Source: Candidatus Woykebacteria bacterium RBG_13_40_15 | GTDB taxonomy: Bacteria > Patescibacteriota > Microgenomatia > Woykebacterales > RBG-16-39-9b | Assembly: GCA_001816655.1 (NCBI GenBank) | Contig: MHCP01000025.1 | Coordinates: 14,428-78,427 of the forward strand | Reading direction: 5' to 3' | DNA length: 64,000 nucleotides | Shown: positions 17,506 to 30,455 of the stretch, in pieces | Position numbering within the stretch: the stretch's first letter is position 1 | Layout of the letters: the number at the start of each line of letters is the position of its first letter | The notes under the pieces: model-generated | What the model was told of the DNA's origin: nothing | Seen by the model: only the letters and a program-made list of their open reading frames with translations | Databases searched by the model: none | Made by a program: the position numbers and the translations under genes

Positions 17506-19998
17506 CTAGTCTTTCTTTTTCGAAATCCTTGTTATACGTTCCTTACGTTCTTTTTTTATGGCTGTTACAGCAACCACTTTATCGTTTGGATCATTTAATC
17601 TAATTAAAATTACGCCTTGCGTTTGTCTAGTAAGAATAGGAATATCTTTTATAGGTAATTTTATAACCTGACCACTCGCTGTTGTTATTAATAAGTCTTC
17701 GTGAAGGTTGCTAATTACTAATCCAGCAGCAAGTTTCCCATTGCGAGAAGTTACATCTGCTGCCTTTACGCCGCTGCCTGCTCTTCCTTGCCGTGGCCAG
17801 TCGGAGATTTTTGTTCTTTTTCCAAAGCCTTTTTCGGTAACAACCGCAAAATCAGCTTTTGGATCGGCAATTTCGGCCTTAATTAGTTCGTCGTCACTTT
17901 TTTGGCGGATTCCAATTACTCCAGCGCTCGCTCGTCCCATGGCTCTTACATCTTTTTCCGAGAAAAGAATTGACATGCCATTTTTTGTGACAAGTAAAAT
18001 CTCATTTGTCCCGCTCGTTAATACTACAAATCGAAGTTCATCGCTAGCCGCGAGATTAATTGCGATTACTCCACTGCGTCGAATGTTAGCAAAATCTGCG
18101 AGTGAGGTTTTCTTAACGACACCACCCTTTGTTACCATGAAAAGAAATCCGTTTTTTGTTTCAGTTGGGATATTTAAAACTGCGGTTATGCTGTCACCTT
18201 GATCGATTTCAATTAAATTAACGATAGCGCTTCCTTTTGCGGTGCGAGAGCCCTCTGGTAGATCATAGACCTTTAGTTGATAAACTTTTCCGCTTTTGGT
18301 AAAGAATAAAACCGCGTCGTGAGTGTTGGCGGAAAAAATATTTGCCACACTATCCTCTTCTTTGACGGTAATACCAGAAACTCCTTTACCACCTCTACTT
18401 TGAGTGCGGAAGGTGGAAACAGGATTCCTTTTTATATAGCCACTTTTGGTGATTGTAACAATTGCCTGTTGTTTCGGGATTAAATCTTCCTCTGAGAAGT
18501 CACCTGCCGCTTGCTGATAAACTCTTGTACGCCTATCATCGCCGTATTTTTCTTTAATTTCAGAGAGTTCTTTTTCAATCACATCCAAAATCTTCTTCGG
18601 GGAAGCAAGAAGAGCTTCCAGGTAGCTAATAGTTTTGACGGTTTCTTTGTACTCATCTTCTATTTTTTGTCTTTCGAGTGCAGCTAGGCGGCGGAGCTGC
18701 AAATCCAAAATAGCGACTGCTTGAACCTCAGTCAGTTTAAACCTTTTCATTAAATTAGTTTTTGCGGCTTCAGCATCTGGCGACTTCTTTATTGTTTCGA
18801 TGACTGCGTCTAGATTATCTACTGCGATTTTCAAACCTTCTAAAATATGTAGCCGTCTTTTTGCGGCATCCAGTTCGAACTGAGTCCGTTTCGTAACAAC
18901 TTGTTGGCGGTGTCGAATATACTCGCTTAAAATTTGCTTCAGGGTCAGCGTAATAGGAACGCCATCAACTAGAGCAACAATATTGACGTTGAATGCAAGT
19001 TGCATCGCTGTGTGCTTGAACAGATTGTTCAAAATTGACCGAGGTCTTGAATCCCGTTTTAGCTCAATTACAATACGCATTCCTTTTCTGTCAGATTCGT
19101 CTCTCAGATCTGAAATACCCTCAATCTTTTTATCTTTAACTAGCTCTGCAATTTTTGCGATGAGCTGCGCTTTATTAACTTGATACGGTATTTCGCTGAC
19201 AATAATTACGAATTTACCTCCTCTCTCCTCTTCTATCTCTGCTTTCGCCCTCATTAGAACTCGGCCCTTGCCGGTTGCGTAAGCAGATCTTATTTCGTTG
19301 ACATCGAATATCGCCCCTCCCGTTGGAAAGTCTGGCCCCTTAATAAATTTCATTAGTTCCTCAACGTTAGCATCTGGATTATTTATCAAATGAATTATTG
19401 CGTCGCAAACCTCGTTTAAATTATGTGGTGGAATGTTGGTAGCCATTCCAACAGCAATTCCAGCTGAGCCATTCAAAAGAAGGTTAGGTAATTTTGCAGG
19501 CAAGACGAGAGGCTCTTTTCTAGTAGCATCGAAGTTATCTGTAAAAGCAACCGTTTCTTTTTCTATATCAACAAGCATTTCACTAGAAATCTTTGCCATT
19601 CGAGCTTCTGTATAGCGCATTGCCGCTGGTGGGTCGCCATCAACTGATCCGAAGTTACCCTGGCCATCTACCAATGGGTAACGCATGGCAAAATTTTGAG
19701 CGAGGCGCACTAGTGCGTCGTAAACTGGGCTATCCCCGTGGGGATGGTATTTACCTAGGACTTCACCAACAACAGTAGCGCTTTTTCTGTATTTTGCTTC
19801 ATGGGTGAGTCCGAGTTCATGCATGGCATAAAGGATTCTTCTGTGAACCGGCTTAAGGCCATCCTTTACATCTGGAAGAGCGCGCGAAACGATTACGCTC
19901 ATTGCGTAGTCTAAATAAGAGCGTTGTAGTTCGTCAGTTATTTCAACGGAGATGTTTTTATCCTTAATATTTTGAATTGGACTTTCTTCTTCTGCCAT
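17506..19998 (-). CDS. gyrA: DNA gyrase subunit A
   Basis: YHPHGD, AAMRYTE and GyrA-box QSRGGKG. Confidence 0.98.
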   Translation of the reverse strand: MAEEESPIQNIKDKNISVEITDELQRSYLDYAMSVIVSRALPDVKDGLKPVHRRILYAMHELGLTHEAKYRKSATVVGEVLGKYHPHGDSPVYDALVRLAQNFAMRYPLVDGQGNFGSVDGDPPAAMRYTEARMAKISSEMLVDIEKETVAFTDNFDATRKEPLVLPAKLPNLLLNGSAGIAVGMATNIPPHNLNEVCDAIIHLINNPDANVEELMKFIKGPDFPTGGAIFDVNEIRSAYATGKGRVLMRAKAEIEEERGGKFVIIVSEIPYQVNKAQLIAKIAELVKDKKIEGISDLRDESDRKGMRIVIELKRDSRPRSILNNLFKHTAMQLAFNVNIVALVDGVPITLTLKQILSEYIRHRQQVVTKRTQFELDAAKRRLHILEGLKIAVDNLDAVIETIKKSPDAEAAKTNLMKRFKLTEVQAVAILDLQLRRLAALERQKIEDEYKETVKTISYLEALLASPKKILDVIEKELSEIKEKYGDDRRTRVYQQAAGDFSEEDLIPKQQAIVTITKSGYIKRNPVSTFRTQSRGGKGVSGITVKEEDSVANIFSANTHDAVLFFTKSGKVYQLKVYDLPEGSRTAKGSAIVNLIEIDQGDSITAVLNIPTETKNGFLFMVTKGGVVKKTSLADFANIRRSGVIAINLAASDELRFVVLTSGTNEILLVTKNGMSILFSEKDVRAMGRASAGVIGIRQKSDDELIKAEIADPKADFAVVTEKGFGKRTKISDWPRQGRAGSGVKAADVTSRNGKLAAGLVISNLHEDLLITTASGQVIKLPIKDIPILTRQTQGVILIRLNDPNDKVVAVTAIKKERKERITRISKKKD

Positions 19999-20001
19999 AA
20001 G

Positions 20002-21951
<1,950 letters not shown>

Positions 21952-22002
21952 CTATATATTTTACTTCTTTTAGGCTTTCTTTGCAAGCTAAAATGCAGTC
22001 GC

Positions 22003-22647
22003 TTACGGCTCTTGTGGGGTTTCAAAAAGAATGATACTATTTAAAATTTTTGAAGAAGCATTGCGTTTTTTTAACGATTTTGCCTTGATAATTAATTTTA
22101 AATATTTGCTTATTTTAGCAATTTTTTCTTTTTCTATATTTTTAGAAAAAACATTCTCCAACAATCTTTCCCTCCAAAAAGATAGCCAGCTTTCCAAGTC
22201 TAGATCTGCTGCTGCAAGCCACCGCTCGTACGAGTCTAAAGATAGGAATTTTTCTACTTTGTTAGGAACCTTGCTTTCACCACTTATTGCTAGATTGATC
22301 TTTAGGCAACGAGAAGAAATTGTTGAAAGAAGGCCTTCGGGAGTCACTGCTGTGAGAATTATCTCTGTATTTTTTGGAGGCTCTTCTAGTGTTTTAAGGA
22401 GTGCATTTTGAGCTTCTAGTGTTAAATTTTGAGCTTCCAGAATCAACGCTATTTTAAAAGTAGAATTGACTGGTTTTTTGTTAAGTTCGCTGGTTAAACC
22501 TCTTACATCATGTATACCAGATGTAACCTGCGCATCTAAGATATGGCAGTCCCATGAGGAAGTTCCTTTGGCTAAATTTATAGCCTCATTTTTCCTTGAT
22601 TTGCTGGAACCGCCAATAAGCAAAGTTGGTAAACTCATAATTGACAT
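22003..22647 (-). CDS. holB: DNA polymerase III delta-prime-like subunit, short form
   Basis: EAQNALLKTLEEPP and TISSRC motifs; Walker A degenerate. Confidence 0.8.
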   Translation of the reverse strand: MSIMSLPTLLIGGSSKSRKNEAINLAKGTSSWDCHILDAQVTSGIHDVRGLTSELNKKPVNSTFKIALILEAQNLTLEAQNALLKTLEEPPKNTEIILTAVTPEGLLSTISSRCLKINLAISGESKVPNKVEKFLSLDSYERWLAAADLDLESWLSFWRERLLENVFSKNIEKEKIAKISKYLKLIIKAKSLKKRNASSKILNSIILFETPQEP

Positions 22648-22730
22648 TTTAGCCTTTGAGACTCTAAAATTAAAGTAGTCTCTTTAGTTAGGCGGAAGCT
22701 GCCTGACGTTATTATAAGAAGGGCTGCCCG

Positions 22731-24503
22731 ATGGCTGATGTTACTGAAAAGGGAATAGAAGACATTCTGCTCGAAGAAGGAGTGCTCACTAAAGAAAAGC
22801 TTTCCACCGTTAAAATGGAAGCTATAAATAGTGGGAAGAGCGCTGATCAAATAATTCTTTCAAATAATCTCGCTACTACAGAACAAATTACAAAAGCTCG
22901 TGGTACTCTTTTGGGTATCAACTTTGTTAATCCGTCATCAAGACCTATCCCGGCAGACCTTTTAAATAAGATTCCAGAGCCAGTTAGTCGTCGCTACTCT
23001 CTTATTCCATTTCAATACGACATTGCTAGCAACACCCTTTCTGTTGCCATGTCCGACCCCCTTGATTTGCAGGTCCTTGAATTTATTGAAAAGAAGAGTG
23101 GTTCGGCAATCAAACCATTTATCTCCACTCCCGAATTAGTTAACAAGGCTATAAAAGAACAATATGCCCAAAGCTTGACAAGTGAAGTAAGTGAAGCACT
23201 GCAAGAAGTTAGTGGCACAGTGGAGGCGAAGGAAGAGCTACCTGATTTAGGCAAGGTGGAGGAAATTGTAAGAGAGGCCCCGGCTTCAAAAATTGTCTCA
23301 ACGCTTCTCGAATATGCGGTTAAAGCAAGGGCTAGCGATATACATATAGAACCAATGGAGGATCGGACGCGGGTTAGATACCGAATCGATGGTATCTTGC
23401 AGGAAAGAGTAGTTTTACCGCGGAAAGTTCATGAATCACTTATTTCTCGTATAAAAATTTTGTCTAATTTAAAAATTGACGAAAAAAGAATACCTCAAGA
23501 TGGCCGCTTCTCCTTTAAGCTAAGAGATAATGTAGTTGATTTGCGTATCGCTACACTTCCTACAGCCAATGGTGAAAAAGTGGTGATGAGGCTTTTGCCA
23601 AAATCAGGCGCCCCTCCTACCCTAGCAGATTTGGGCTTGAGAGGGATGGCACTGAAGACTTTTGAGGAAAATATCGTTAAACCACACGGTATTATCCTGA
23701 TCACTGGTCCTACGGGATCCGGTAAGACAACTACCCTTTTTGCTACTCTTTCGAAAATAAATTCGCCAAAAATAAATATAGTCACTTTGGAAGACCCGGT
23801 CGAGTACCAAATACCAGGTGTAAATCAAGTACAGATAAACCCGCAAGCGGGGCTTACTTTTGCTTCGGGGCTTCGTAGTTTCCTTCGGCAAGATCCGAAT
23901 GTTATCATGGTTGGAGAAATTCGTGATAGTGAGACAACGGCTCTGGCAATTCAAGCATCCCTGACTGGCCACCTTGTCTTTTCAACCCTTCATACCAATT
24001 CTGCCTCTGGGGCCCTTCCCCGTCTTCTAGATATGGGAGCCGAAACATTTTTATTGACCTCGTCGATGAACTGCGTAATGGCTCAGCGTGTTGTTAGAAA
24101 AGTTTGTGAGGATTGCAAACAAGCGTATGACGCACCACCACAGATAGAAGATGATATTAAGAAGGCACTGGGAAATCTTTTGAATATAAAACATATCGAA
24201 CTGTCCTCTGGGGAGGAAAAATATTTAAAAGAACTAGAAGCAGGAGCAGCAAAATTAAAGTTATATAAAGGAAAGGGCTGTGATAAATGTGGCGGTTCAG
24301 GGTATATAGGAAGAATCGCGATTTTTGAAGTTTTGGCTATAACTGAAAAGATCGGCCGGCTGATTTTGGAAAGAGCTCCGGCTGGTAAGATTGAAGCTCA
24401 AGCGGTTGAGGATGGTATGGTAAGGCTTATGCAAGACGGTTACCTGAAAGTGATGGAAGGTATTACATCGATTGAGGAAGTATTAAGAGTGGCAAGAGAG
24501 TAA
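22731..24503 (+). CDS. pilB: Type IV pilus assembly ATPase (PilB/GspE)
   Basis: ASDIHIEP, GPTGSGKTTT, LRQDPNVIMVGEIRD and tetracysteine motif. Confidence 0.93.
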   Translation: MADVTEKGIEDILLEEGVLTKEKLSTVKMEAINSGKSADQIILSNNLATTEQITKARGTLLGINFVNPSSRPIPADLLNKIPEPVSRRYSLIPFQYDIASNTLSVAMSDPLDLQVLEFIEKKSGSAIKPFISTPELVNKAIKEQYAQSLTSEVSEALQEVSGTVEAKEELPDLGKVEEIVREAPASKIVSTLLEYAVKARASDIHIEPMEDRTRVRYRIDGILQERVVLPRKVHESLISRIKILSNLKIDEKRIPQDGRFSFKLRDNVVDLRIATLPTANGEKVVMRLLPKSGAPPTLADLGLRGMALKTFEENIVKPHGIILITGPTGSGKTTTLFATLSKINSPKINIVTLEDPVEYQIPGVNQVQINPQAGLTFASGLRSFLRQDPNVIMVGEIRDSETTALAIQASLTGHLVFSTLHTNSASGALPRLLDMGAETFLLTSSMNCVMAQRVVRKVCEDCKQAYDAPPQIEDDIKKALGNLLNIKHIELSSGEEKYLKELEAGAAKLKLYKGKGCDKCGGSGYIGRIAIFEVLAITEKIGRLILERAPAGKIEAQAVEDGMVRLMQDGYLKVMEGITSIEEVLRVARE

Positions 24504-24562
24504 CCCGTGGGTGATAATTAATACGCACTGCTTATTAGTAATTTGAAAAAAAGGAGGATTAA

Positions 24563-25636
24563 TTGGAAATACAACAAATTTTAGAAGAAGCAATCCGTCG
24601 GGGAGCTTCAGACGTTCATTTGATGGCGGGGGTTTATCCGACGCTTAGGATTGACGGCAAGCTGATACCAATTACTAAGACACCTACTCCAACACCCGAA
24701 TATATTGAAAAACTGGTTTTAGCCCTTCTTCTTCCAGAGCAAAAAGAGCTTTTGCTTACCAATAAGGAGCTTGATTTCTCTTTTGCGCTTGGCGAAGTTG
24801 CCAGGTTTCGTGTAAACGCCTTTTATCAAAAAGGCTATCTTTCTGCTGCCCTTCGTCTTATCCCAAACAGAATACCGACACTTGAAGAGCTTCATCTTCC
24901 AAGCACTTTCGGTAACCTGACGAAACTTCGACAGGGACTTATTTTGGTCGCTGGACCGACTGGACATGGTAAATCAACAACTATAGCGTCCCTAATAAAC
25001 AAAATTAATGAGGAAAAGGGCGTTCACGTTGTCACAGTCGAAGATCCGATAGAATATGTTTATCCAAGCCGCAAAGCCCTGATAGCGCAGAGGGAAATGC
25101 ATCTGGATACTCACTCCTGGGAAATTTCTCTACGATCTGTTTTGAGGGAAGATCCGGATGTAGTGCTAATTGGTGAAATGCGAGATTATGAGACTATCGA
25201 GTCTGTTTTAACAATTGCTGAAACAGGACATTTGGTTTTTGCTACGTTGCATACAAACAGTGCTGCCCAAACCCTAGATCGTGTGGTTGGGGTTTTCCCG
25301 GAGAGCCAGCAAGAACAAGTAAGGATGCAGCTTTCCAATATTTTGGAGGCTGTACTTTCTTTAAGATTAATACCGGCAGCTCAAGCTGGAAGATACCCGG
25401 CAATAGAGGTTCTTTTAGCTACACCGGCAGTGAGAAATGTTATTAGAGAGGGTAAAACCCACCTGATTGACAATATAATTCAAACATCAGCAAATGTTGG
25501 CATGAGTACGCTGGAATCATCTCTAGCTGGCTTAATTAAATCAAACAAGATAAGCCTTGAGACCGCTCTCTCATATAGTCTTAGGCCACAAGATTTGATG
25601 CGCGAAGTAAAACTTCAAGGCGGAAAGGTTAAATAA
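24563..25636 (+). CDS. pilT: Type IV pilus retraction ATPase
   Basis: GPTGHGKST, LREDPDVVLIGEMRD, AETGHLVFATLHT and AVRNVIRE motifs; TTG start after AAGGAGG. Confidence 0.93.
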   Translation: MEIQQILEEAIRRGASDVHLMAGVYPTLRIDGKLIPITKTPTPTPEYIEKLVLALLLPEQKELLLTNKELDFSFALGEVARFRVNAFYQKGYLSAALRLIPNRIPTLEELHLPSTFGNLTKLRQGLILVAGPTGHGKSTTIASLINKINEEKGVHVVTVEDPIEYVYPSRKALIAQREMHLDTHSWEISLRSVLREDPDVVLIGEMRDYETIESVLTIAETGHLVFATLHTNSAAQTLDRVVGVFPESQQEQVRMQLSNILEAVLSLRLIPAAQAGRYPAIEVLLATPAVRNVIREGKTHLIDNIIQTSANVGMSTLESSLAGLIKSNKISLETALSYSLRPQDLMREVKLQGGKVK

Positions 25637-26832
25637 TGCAGGAATTTTTTTATGAAGTAAAAGATAAGCAGGACGAAACTCTTAAGGGAGTAGTTGAGGC
25701 TGTTAGTACTGATCAAGCTGCAAAGATTCTACATGAGCAGGGTTACACGATTCTTAAAATTCAGGCAAAGGGTAAAGGGTTAAGCTTACCCTTTCTTGGT
25801 GGTATTGGTATCGGACCAATATCTCAGTTTACTAGGCAACTTGCGACCATGGTAACTTCTGGGCTACCCTTGGCAGATTCTCTAGATGTTTTGAAAAAAC
25901 AGACGGAAAATAAAAATCTTCAAGTTGTAATCGAACAAATTGCCGAAAGCATTCAAGCCGGAAATCCATTTTCAGCGGCGCTACAAAAACACCCAAAGGT
26001 ATTTTCCAAAGCTTATATTAATGTTGTGAGGGCTGGGGAGGCTTCTGGTACTCTTGACAAGGTGCTTTTGCGCTTGGCGGATAACCTTGAAAAGGAACGA
26101 CAATTTCAAGGCGAGGTGAGAGGTGCGATGATTTATCCAGCGATTATTGTTAGCGCGATGGTTGTTGTTTCAATGATTGTATTAGTTTTTGTTGTACCAA
26201 AACTTACCGAAGTTTATACTGGATTGGACATACCTCTGCCGTTGCCGACGATTATTTTGATGGCTGTAAGTGGTTTTATGTCGCGGTTTTGGTGGTTGTT
26301 AGTAATTCTGGCGGTTGCAGGTATTTACACCCTTCGGCGATATAAAGCTACTCCCGAGGGTGCCCTAGTAATCGATAGACTGATTTTGAGACTCCCAGTT
26401 ATAGGTAAACTAAATCGTGACAGCTCCCTTACAGAGTTCACCCGTACTTTGAGTATATTAGTCGGTGCTGGTGTGCCGATACTTGAATCTTTAAAAATTG
26501 CTGGGGATACAGGGACAAATGCAGTTCACAGAGATGCTGCTTCCCATGTGGTTGCGTTGGTAGAAAAAGGCACTCCTCTTTCAAAATCTATTGAGGAGTT
26601 TCCCACCTTTCCGCCAATAATTTCTCAAATGACAAATGTTGGTGAGGAAACAGGGAAGATGGATGAGGTACTTGATAAGGTGTCTAGGTTTTTCGAACAG
26701 GAAGTAGAGCAGCAGGTCAAAAACCTAACTGCGGCAATAGAACCAATAGTCATGATAGTCCTTGGTATAGGCGTAGCTTTCTTGATGATTTCGATTGTTC
26801 TGCCTATCTACAGTATTACCAGCGCATTCTAG
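25636..26832 (+). CDS. pilC: Type IV pilus platform protein (PilC/GspF)
   Basis: FTRQLATM, GEASGTLD, AMIYP and GEETGKMD motifs. Confidence 0.93.
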   Translation: MQEFFYEVKDKQDETLKGVVEAVSTDQAAKILHEQGYTILKIQAKGKGLSLPFLGGIGIGPISQFTRQLATMVTSGLPLADSLDVLKKQTENKNLQVVIEQIAESIQAGNPFSAALQKHPKVFSKAYINVVRAGEASGTLDKVLLRLADNLEKERQFQGEVRGAMIYPAIIVSAMVVVSMIVLVFVVPKLTEVYTGLDIPLPLPTIILMAVSGFMSRFWWLLVILAVAGIYTLRRYKATPEGALVIDRLILRLPVIGKLNRDSSLTEFTRTLSILVGAGVPILESLKIAGDTGTNAVHRDAASHVVALVEKGTPLSKSIEEFPTFPPIISQMTNVGEETGKMDEVLDKVSRFFEQEVEQQVKNLTAAIEPIVMIVLGIGVAFLMISIVLPIYSITSAF

Positions 26833-26836
26833 TAGG

Positions 26837-26864
26837 TGTCAAGTTTCATGTGTCAAGTGTCAAG
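26837..26864 (+). repeat. Heptamer array (4 x TRTCAWG-like) left of the four-helix-bundle gene
   Basis: TGTCAAG TTTCATG TGTCAAG TGTCAAG. Confidence 0.8.
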
Positions 26865-26867
26865 AAA

Positions 26868-27242
26868 ATGGTGGAAAATAAAGGTTATAAGAAGCTTAAA
26901 GTTTGGCAAGAAGCGCATGAGTTTGTTTTAATGATCTATGAGTTTACAAAGCGGTTTCCAAAGGAAGAAGTTTTCAGTCTTACCAACCAGCTTCGGAGAG
27001 CAGCGGTTTCAGTAGCAGCCAATATTGTGGAAGGGCAAGTTAAGAATTCACGTAAATCTTTTATCCAAGCGTTAAATATAGCGAACGGCTCCTTGGTAGA
27101 AGCTGAGTATTACTTAGAGTTAGCTAGGGAGTTGAAGTTTTTAGACACTAAAGGTTTTGATAAACTTGATCGGCAGCGGGTAATTGTAGGCAATTTGCTA
27201 AATGGTTTAATCAAGTCTTTAAAAGACAGATGTGAAGCTTGA
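26868..27242 (+). CDS. Four helix bundle protein (23S rRNA intervening-sequence protein / TIGR02436-like)
   Basis: YKKLKVWQEAH, FPKEE, QLRRAAVSVAANIVEG and IANGSLVE motifs. Confidence 0.92.
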   Translation: MVENKGYKKLKVWQEAHEFVLMIYEFTKRFPKEEVFSLTNQLRRAAVSVAANIVEGQVKNSRKSFIQALNIANGSLVEAEYYLELARELKFLDTKGFDKLDRQRVIVGNLLNGLIKSLKDRCEA

Positions 27243-27266
27243 CTTTTAATTATCATAGCACTTTGA

Positions 27267-27294
27267 CTTGATACATGACACTTGATACATGATA
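27267..27294 (-). repeat. Heptamer array (4 units) right of the four-helix-bundle gene, inverted relative to the left array
   Basis: + strand CTTGATA CATGACA CTTGATA CATGATA; contains the pilD ATG. Confidence 0.8.
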
Positions 27295-28098
27295 CAATCT
27301 ATAATTGTTTTTTTGTTCATTCTTGGTCTTACTGTTGGTTCTTTCCTTAATGTTGTTGCCTACCGCAGCGTTCACGGTGGTTCAATTGTTTCTGGTTCTT
27401 CGAAATGCCCACATTGTAAACATACCCTGAGAGCTTTGGATTTAATCCCAATTGCAAGTTTCCTCCTACTTAGAGGCCAGTGTCGTTACTGCCATAAAAA
27501 AATTTCCGTGCGCTACCCTCTTGTAGAGGCCGCTAGTGGGCTTTTGTTTCTTTATGTAGGTTACCATTGGTATGTTGTAGCTGGTTCGTTTATTTTGAGT
27601 TTTGATTCAATTTTTTATCTTATATTTTTGCTTTTTATTGTTAGTGTTCTGTTAGCCCTATTTATTACGGATCTTGTTGATGGTTTGCTTCCAAACGTGA
27701 TAACTCTGCCAGCGATCGGAGTAGCAGCTCTTTACAAGATCTATTTAGTAGTTTTCGGTTCCATTACCATTGTTGGCTTAGGGGTAGATCTATTGGTCGC
27801 TTTCTTGATGGCAGCTATTTTCTTTGGACTGGTTTACTTTTCTGGTGAGCGGGCTCTGGGAGGAGGCGATGTGAAGCTCGCTTTTTTGATCGGGCTTTTC
27901 GTAGGCTGGCCCTCTATTTTAGTAGGCTTGTTTATAGGTTTCTTGACAGGCGGTCTAGCCTCTGTTATGCTTTTATTAATAGGCAAAAAGAGGTTTGGAG
28001 ATACTGTGCCACTCGGCCCCTTTTTGACTATCGGCGCGCTAAGCGCATTGTTCTGGGGGCCGCAAATACTTGAGTTTTATGTAAAGAGTATGTTATGA
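27289..28098 (+). CDS. pilD: Prepilin peptidase (A24 family)
   Basis: GSFLNVV, CPHC...CRYC and GGGDVKL motifs. Confidence 0.93.
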   Translation: MIQSIIVFLFILGLTVGSFLNVVAYRSVHGGSIVSGSSKCPHCKHTLRALDLIPIASFLLLRGQCRYCHKKISVRYPLVEAASGLLFLYVGYHWYVVAGSFILSFDSIFYLIFLLFIVSVLLALFITDLVDGLLPNVITLPAIGVAALYKIYLVVFGSITIVGLGVDLLVAFLMAAIFFGLVYFSGERALGGGDVKLAFLIGLFVGWPSILVGLFIGFLTGGLASVMLLLIGKKRFGDTVPLGPFLTIGALSALFWGPQILEFYVKSML

Positions 28099-28176
28099 AA
28101 CTGCCAAGCTTTAAAATCTTAAACAACTCACTTGATAATTTCTTTCTTTTTCGAAGGGGGGTGAAAACTTTTTAGC

Positions 28177-28623
28177 ATGAAAAAATTCCTAAAGAAGCAA
28201 AAAGGGTTCACTCTTGTCGAACTTTTGATCGTTATCGCCATTATCGCTATCTTGGTAGTGATCGTGATTATCGCTATTAACCCAATTGAGCGACTTAACG
28301 ATGCTCGGGATAGAACTGCTGCATCCAACGTTCGGGCTACTGGTACCTTGATCGCCACTTGTGTTACACAAGCTTTGGCTCAACCCGGTGGTAGTATTGC
28401 TGATTGTGATGACCGAGGGAAAATTCAAACTGTAGCGGATGGTCAAGTTCCCGCAGCTGTAACAATATTGCTTGACGACGTTGCTCCCGATACCGCAGAT
28501 ATATGCGCTTGGCAACAAGGCCGGACTGGTAGATGGTTCTTGTATGAGAATGACGGAACCGGTGGTGGAACGACAACGCAGATTGATGATGCAGAGCCTG
28601 ATGCGGCTGATTGTGGTAGCTAG
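28177..28623 (+). CDS. Type IV pilin (candidate major pilin)
   Basis: KG|FTLVELLIVIAII prepilin motif; AAGGGGGGTG SD-like element upstream. Confidence 0.88.
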   Translation: MKKFLKKQKGFTLVELLIVIAIIAILVVIVIIAINPIERLNDARDRTAASNVRATGTLIATCVTQALAQPGGSIADCDDRGKIQTVADGQVPAAVTILLDDVAPDTADICAWQQGRTGRWFLYENDGTGGGTTTQIDDAEPDAADCGS

Positions 28624-28707
28624 AATTAACTTGAAGGTAACACCCAAATTAATGTCTGTAATATCTTGCTGAGATTGAGACGAGATTAGAATTGTGGCTA
28701 TTAATTT

Positions 28708-29136
28708 ATGATTAGCAAAGTATGGCAGTCAAAAAAAGGCTTTACTTTAGTTGAGCTTTTGGTTGTAATTGCCATTATTGGCGTCTTGGTAACAATCGTT
28801 GTTGTTGCGATAAATCCAGTTCGCGTGATCCAAAATTCTCAAGACACAAAACACCGCAGCGAATTAAACCAGGTAAAGACTGCTCTGCAGCTTTACTACA
28901 ATGAAAATAAGAGATATCCGGCTGTTGCTGAATTTGGTACAGGAGGAACGATTCCGTTCTCCCCTACCTATGTGAGGGATGCTGATATGCTTAGTCCGAC
29001 CAAAATTACGTATACCCTACCTACCAGCGATTACCTTGCTTATACCACAGTAAATCACACAACAGCTGATGATACCAACAGTGTTACTAAGTGTGGGGGT
29101 ACTGGCACGAATAGATATTATATTTGTCCAGACTAG
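28708..29136 (+). CDS. Type IV pilin / GspG-like pseudopilin
   Basis: KG|FTLVELLVVIAII motif; ALQLYYNENKRYP. Confidence 0.88.
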   Translation: MISKVWQSKKGFTLVELLVVIAIIGVLVTIVVVAINPVRVIQNSQDTKHRSELNQVKTALQLYYNENKRYPAVAEFGTGGTIPFSPTYVRDADMLSPTKITYTLPTSDYLAYTTVNHTTADDTNSVTKCGGTGTNRYYICPD

Positions 29137-29145
29137 CCAGGTAAT

Positions 29146-29667
29146 ATGCCTTCTTTTTTCCAAAAAACCCTAAAATCCCAAAAAGGCGTTTCAATAATTA
29201 CCATAATAATTTTAATTGCTGTTGTGGTGGCCGCCTTGAATGTTTACGCTTATTTTGAACCGAATTTCCAATTAAAACAATTTAGTGCGATGTATTATCT
29301 GCGCGACCATAACGATAAAATAAAGAAAGCCGACCTGGAAAAGTTAAAAGCGGCAGTAGACAGTTACTATGAAGACCATCACGATTACCCAGCCAATACT
29401 GGTTGGTGTGGTAGAATATTCTCCCTGATGCAGACAGATGTTAGGGACGCGCTATCCCCCTATTTTGCGGCTGATAGGTTCCCACAGGATCCCACCTTTG
29501 GTAACACAAACAAAGACTATTTTTATATGAGGGTAGATGACCACTCTTACGTTTTAATGGCTTCACTTGAAAATTCTCCTCTCGGCGACTCTTCCTACAA
29601 CTACACCGGCTGTTACGACTGGCCTGGGGATGGGATTTATAATTACAAACTGACTGGTGGATACTAG
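29146..29667 (+). CDS. GspG-like pilin, atypical N-terminus
   Basis: KG|VSIITII (no Glu5); YYEDHHDYP, PQDP and ASLEN GspG-like motifs. Confidence 0.75.
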   Translation: MPSFFQKTLKSQKGVSIITIIILIAVVVAALNVYAYFEPNFQLKQFSAMYYLRDHNDKIKKADLEKLKAAVDSYYEDHHDYPANTGWCGRIFSLMQTDVRDALSPYFAADRFPQDPTFGNTNKDYFYMRVDDHSYVLMASLENSPLGDSSYNYTGCYDWPGDGIYNYKLTGGY

Positions 29668-29726
29668 CCTTCTTTTCCTCAAGCTAAATGTTGCACGAAA
29701 AAGAGTTGTTTGCTACCATTTAATTA

Positions 29727-30455
29727 ATGCCTTTTTTTAAATTTCAAATTTCAAAGTTTTCGACCCGAGTTCAGGCTGAGGGTTTCAGATCTCAAATTGG
29801 CAAGAAAATTTTAGGAACTGACTTTACTTTTAAGATTTCCAAGCGACCCCACAATAAAGGATTTACCCTCGTTGAACTTTTGGTTGTTATTGCTCTTATT
29901 AGCATTTTGGCGGCTTTTGTTTTTGCAAGTTATCAAAATTTTGGGCAGCGGCAAGAAGTCCAAAATGTTGCGTTGGAATTAAAGTCGTCACTTCGTAAAT
30001 ACCAAAACTTTGCTATTTCCGGCCAAAAAAACCCAGATCCTACCAATGTTTCTCAGTGCCATGATCCGTCTAGTTTAGCTAACGATTCAACTTATAGTGT
30101 GGTCTACTACGCTGTTTTGGCTGATTCGTCCCCAGTTCCCCATTCTTACAAGGCGGTACTTCATTGTGCTCATCTTGCTTTAGGCTATGATGTTGAATTT
30201 GTGAATGGCTTTCCTTGGGAAAATCTCGAAAATTTTGAGGTTGGGAAAGCTAGCATACCCCCATCTAGCGATGATTCATGCGATTCTGTAGAAATACGCT
30301 TCAAGCCTGTAAATAAAGGGATAGAGCTTTATTGCGACAGCTCCCCTTTAGCCGCACCCTATGATCAGGTTTATTTTAGTTTGTCAAATGGAGCCGCAAC
30401 GTATAGGGTGTATGTAACAAGCTCTGGGGATATCTATGAAGAACAAAAGATGTAG
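29727..30455 (+). CDS. Minor pilin (FimT/GspH-like)
   Basis: KG|FTLVELLVVIALI after a long basic leader; own TTGCAC-17-TACCAT promoter. Confidence 0.8.
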   Translation: MPFFKFQISKFSTRVQAEGFRSQIGKKILGTDFTFKISKRPHNKGFTLVELLVVIALISILAAFVFASYQNFGQRQEVQNVALELKSSLRKYQNFAISGQKNPDPTNVSQCHDPSSLANDSTYSVVYYAVLADSSPVPHSYKAVLHCAHLALGYDVEFVNGFPWENLENFEVGKASIPPSSDDSCDSVEIRFKPVNKGIELYCDSSPLAAPYDQVYFSLSNGAATYRVYVTSSGDIYEEQKM

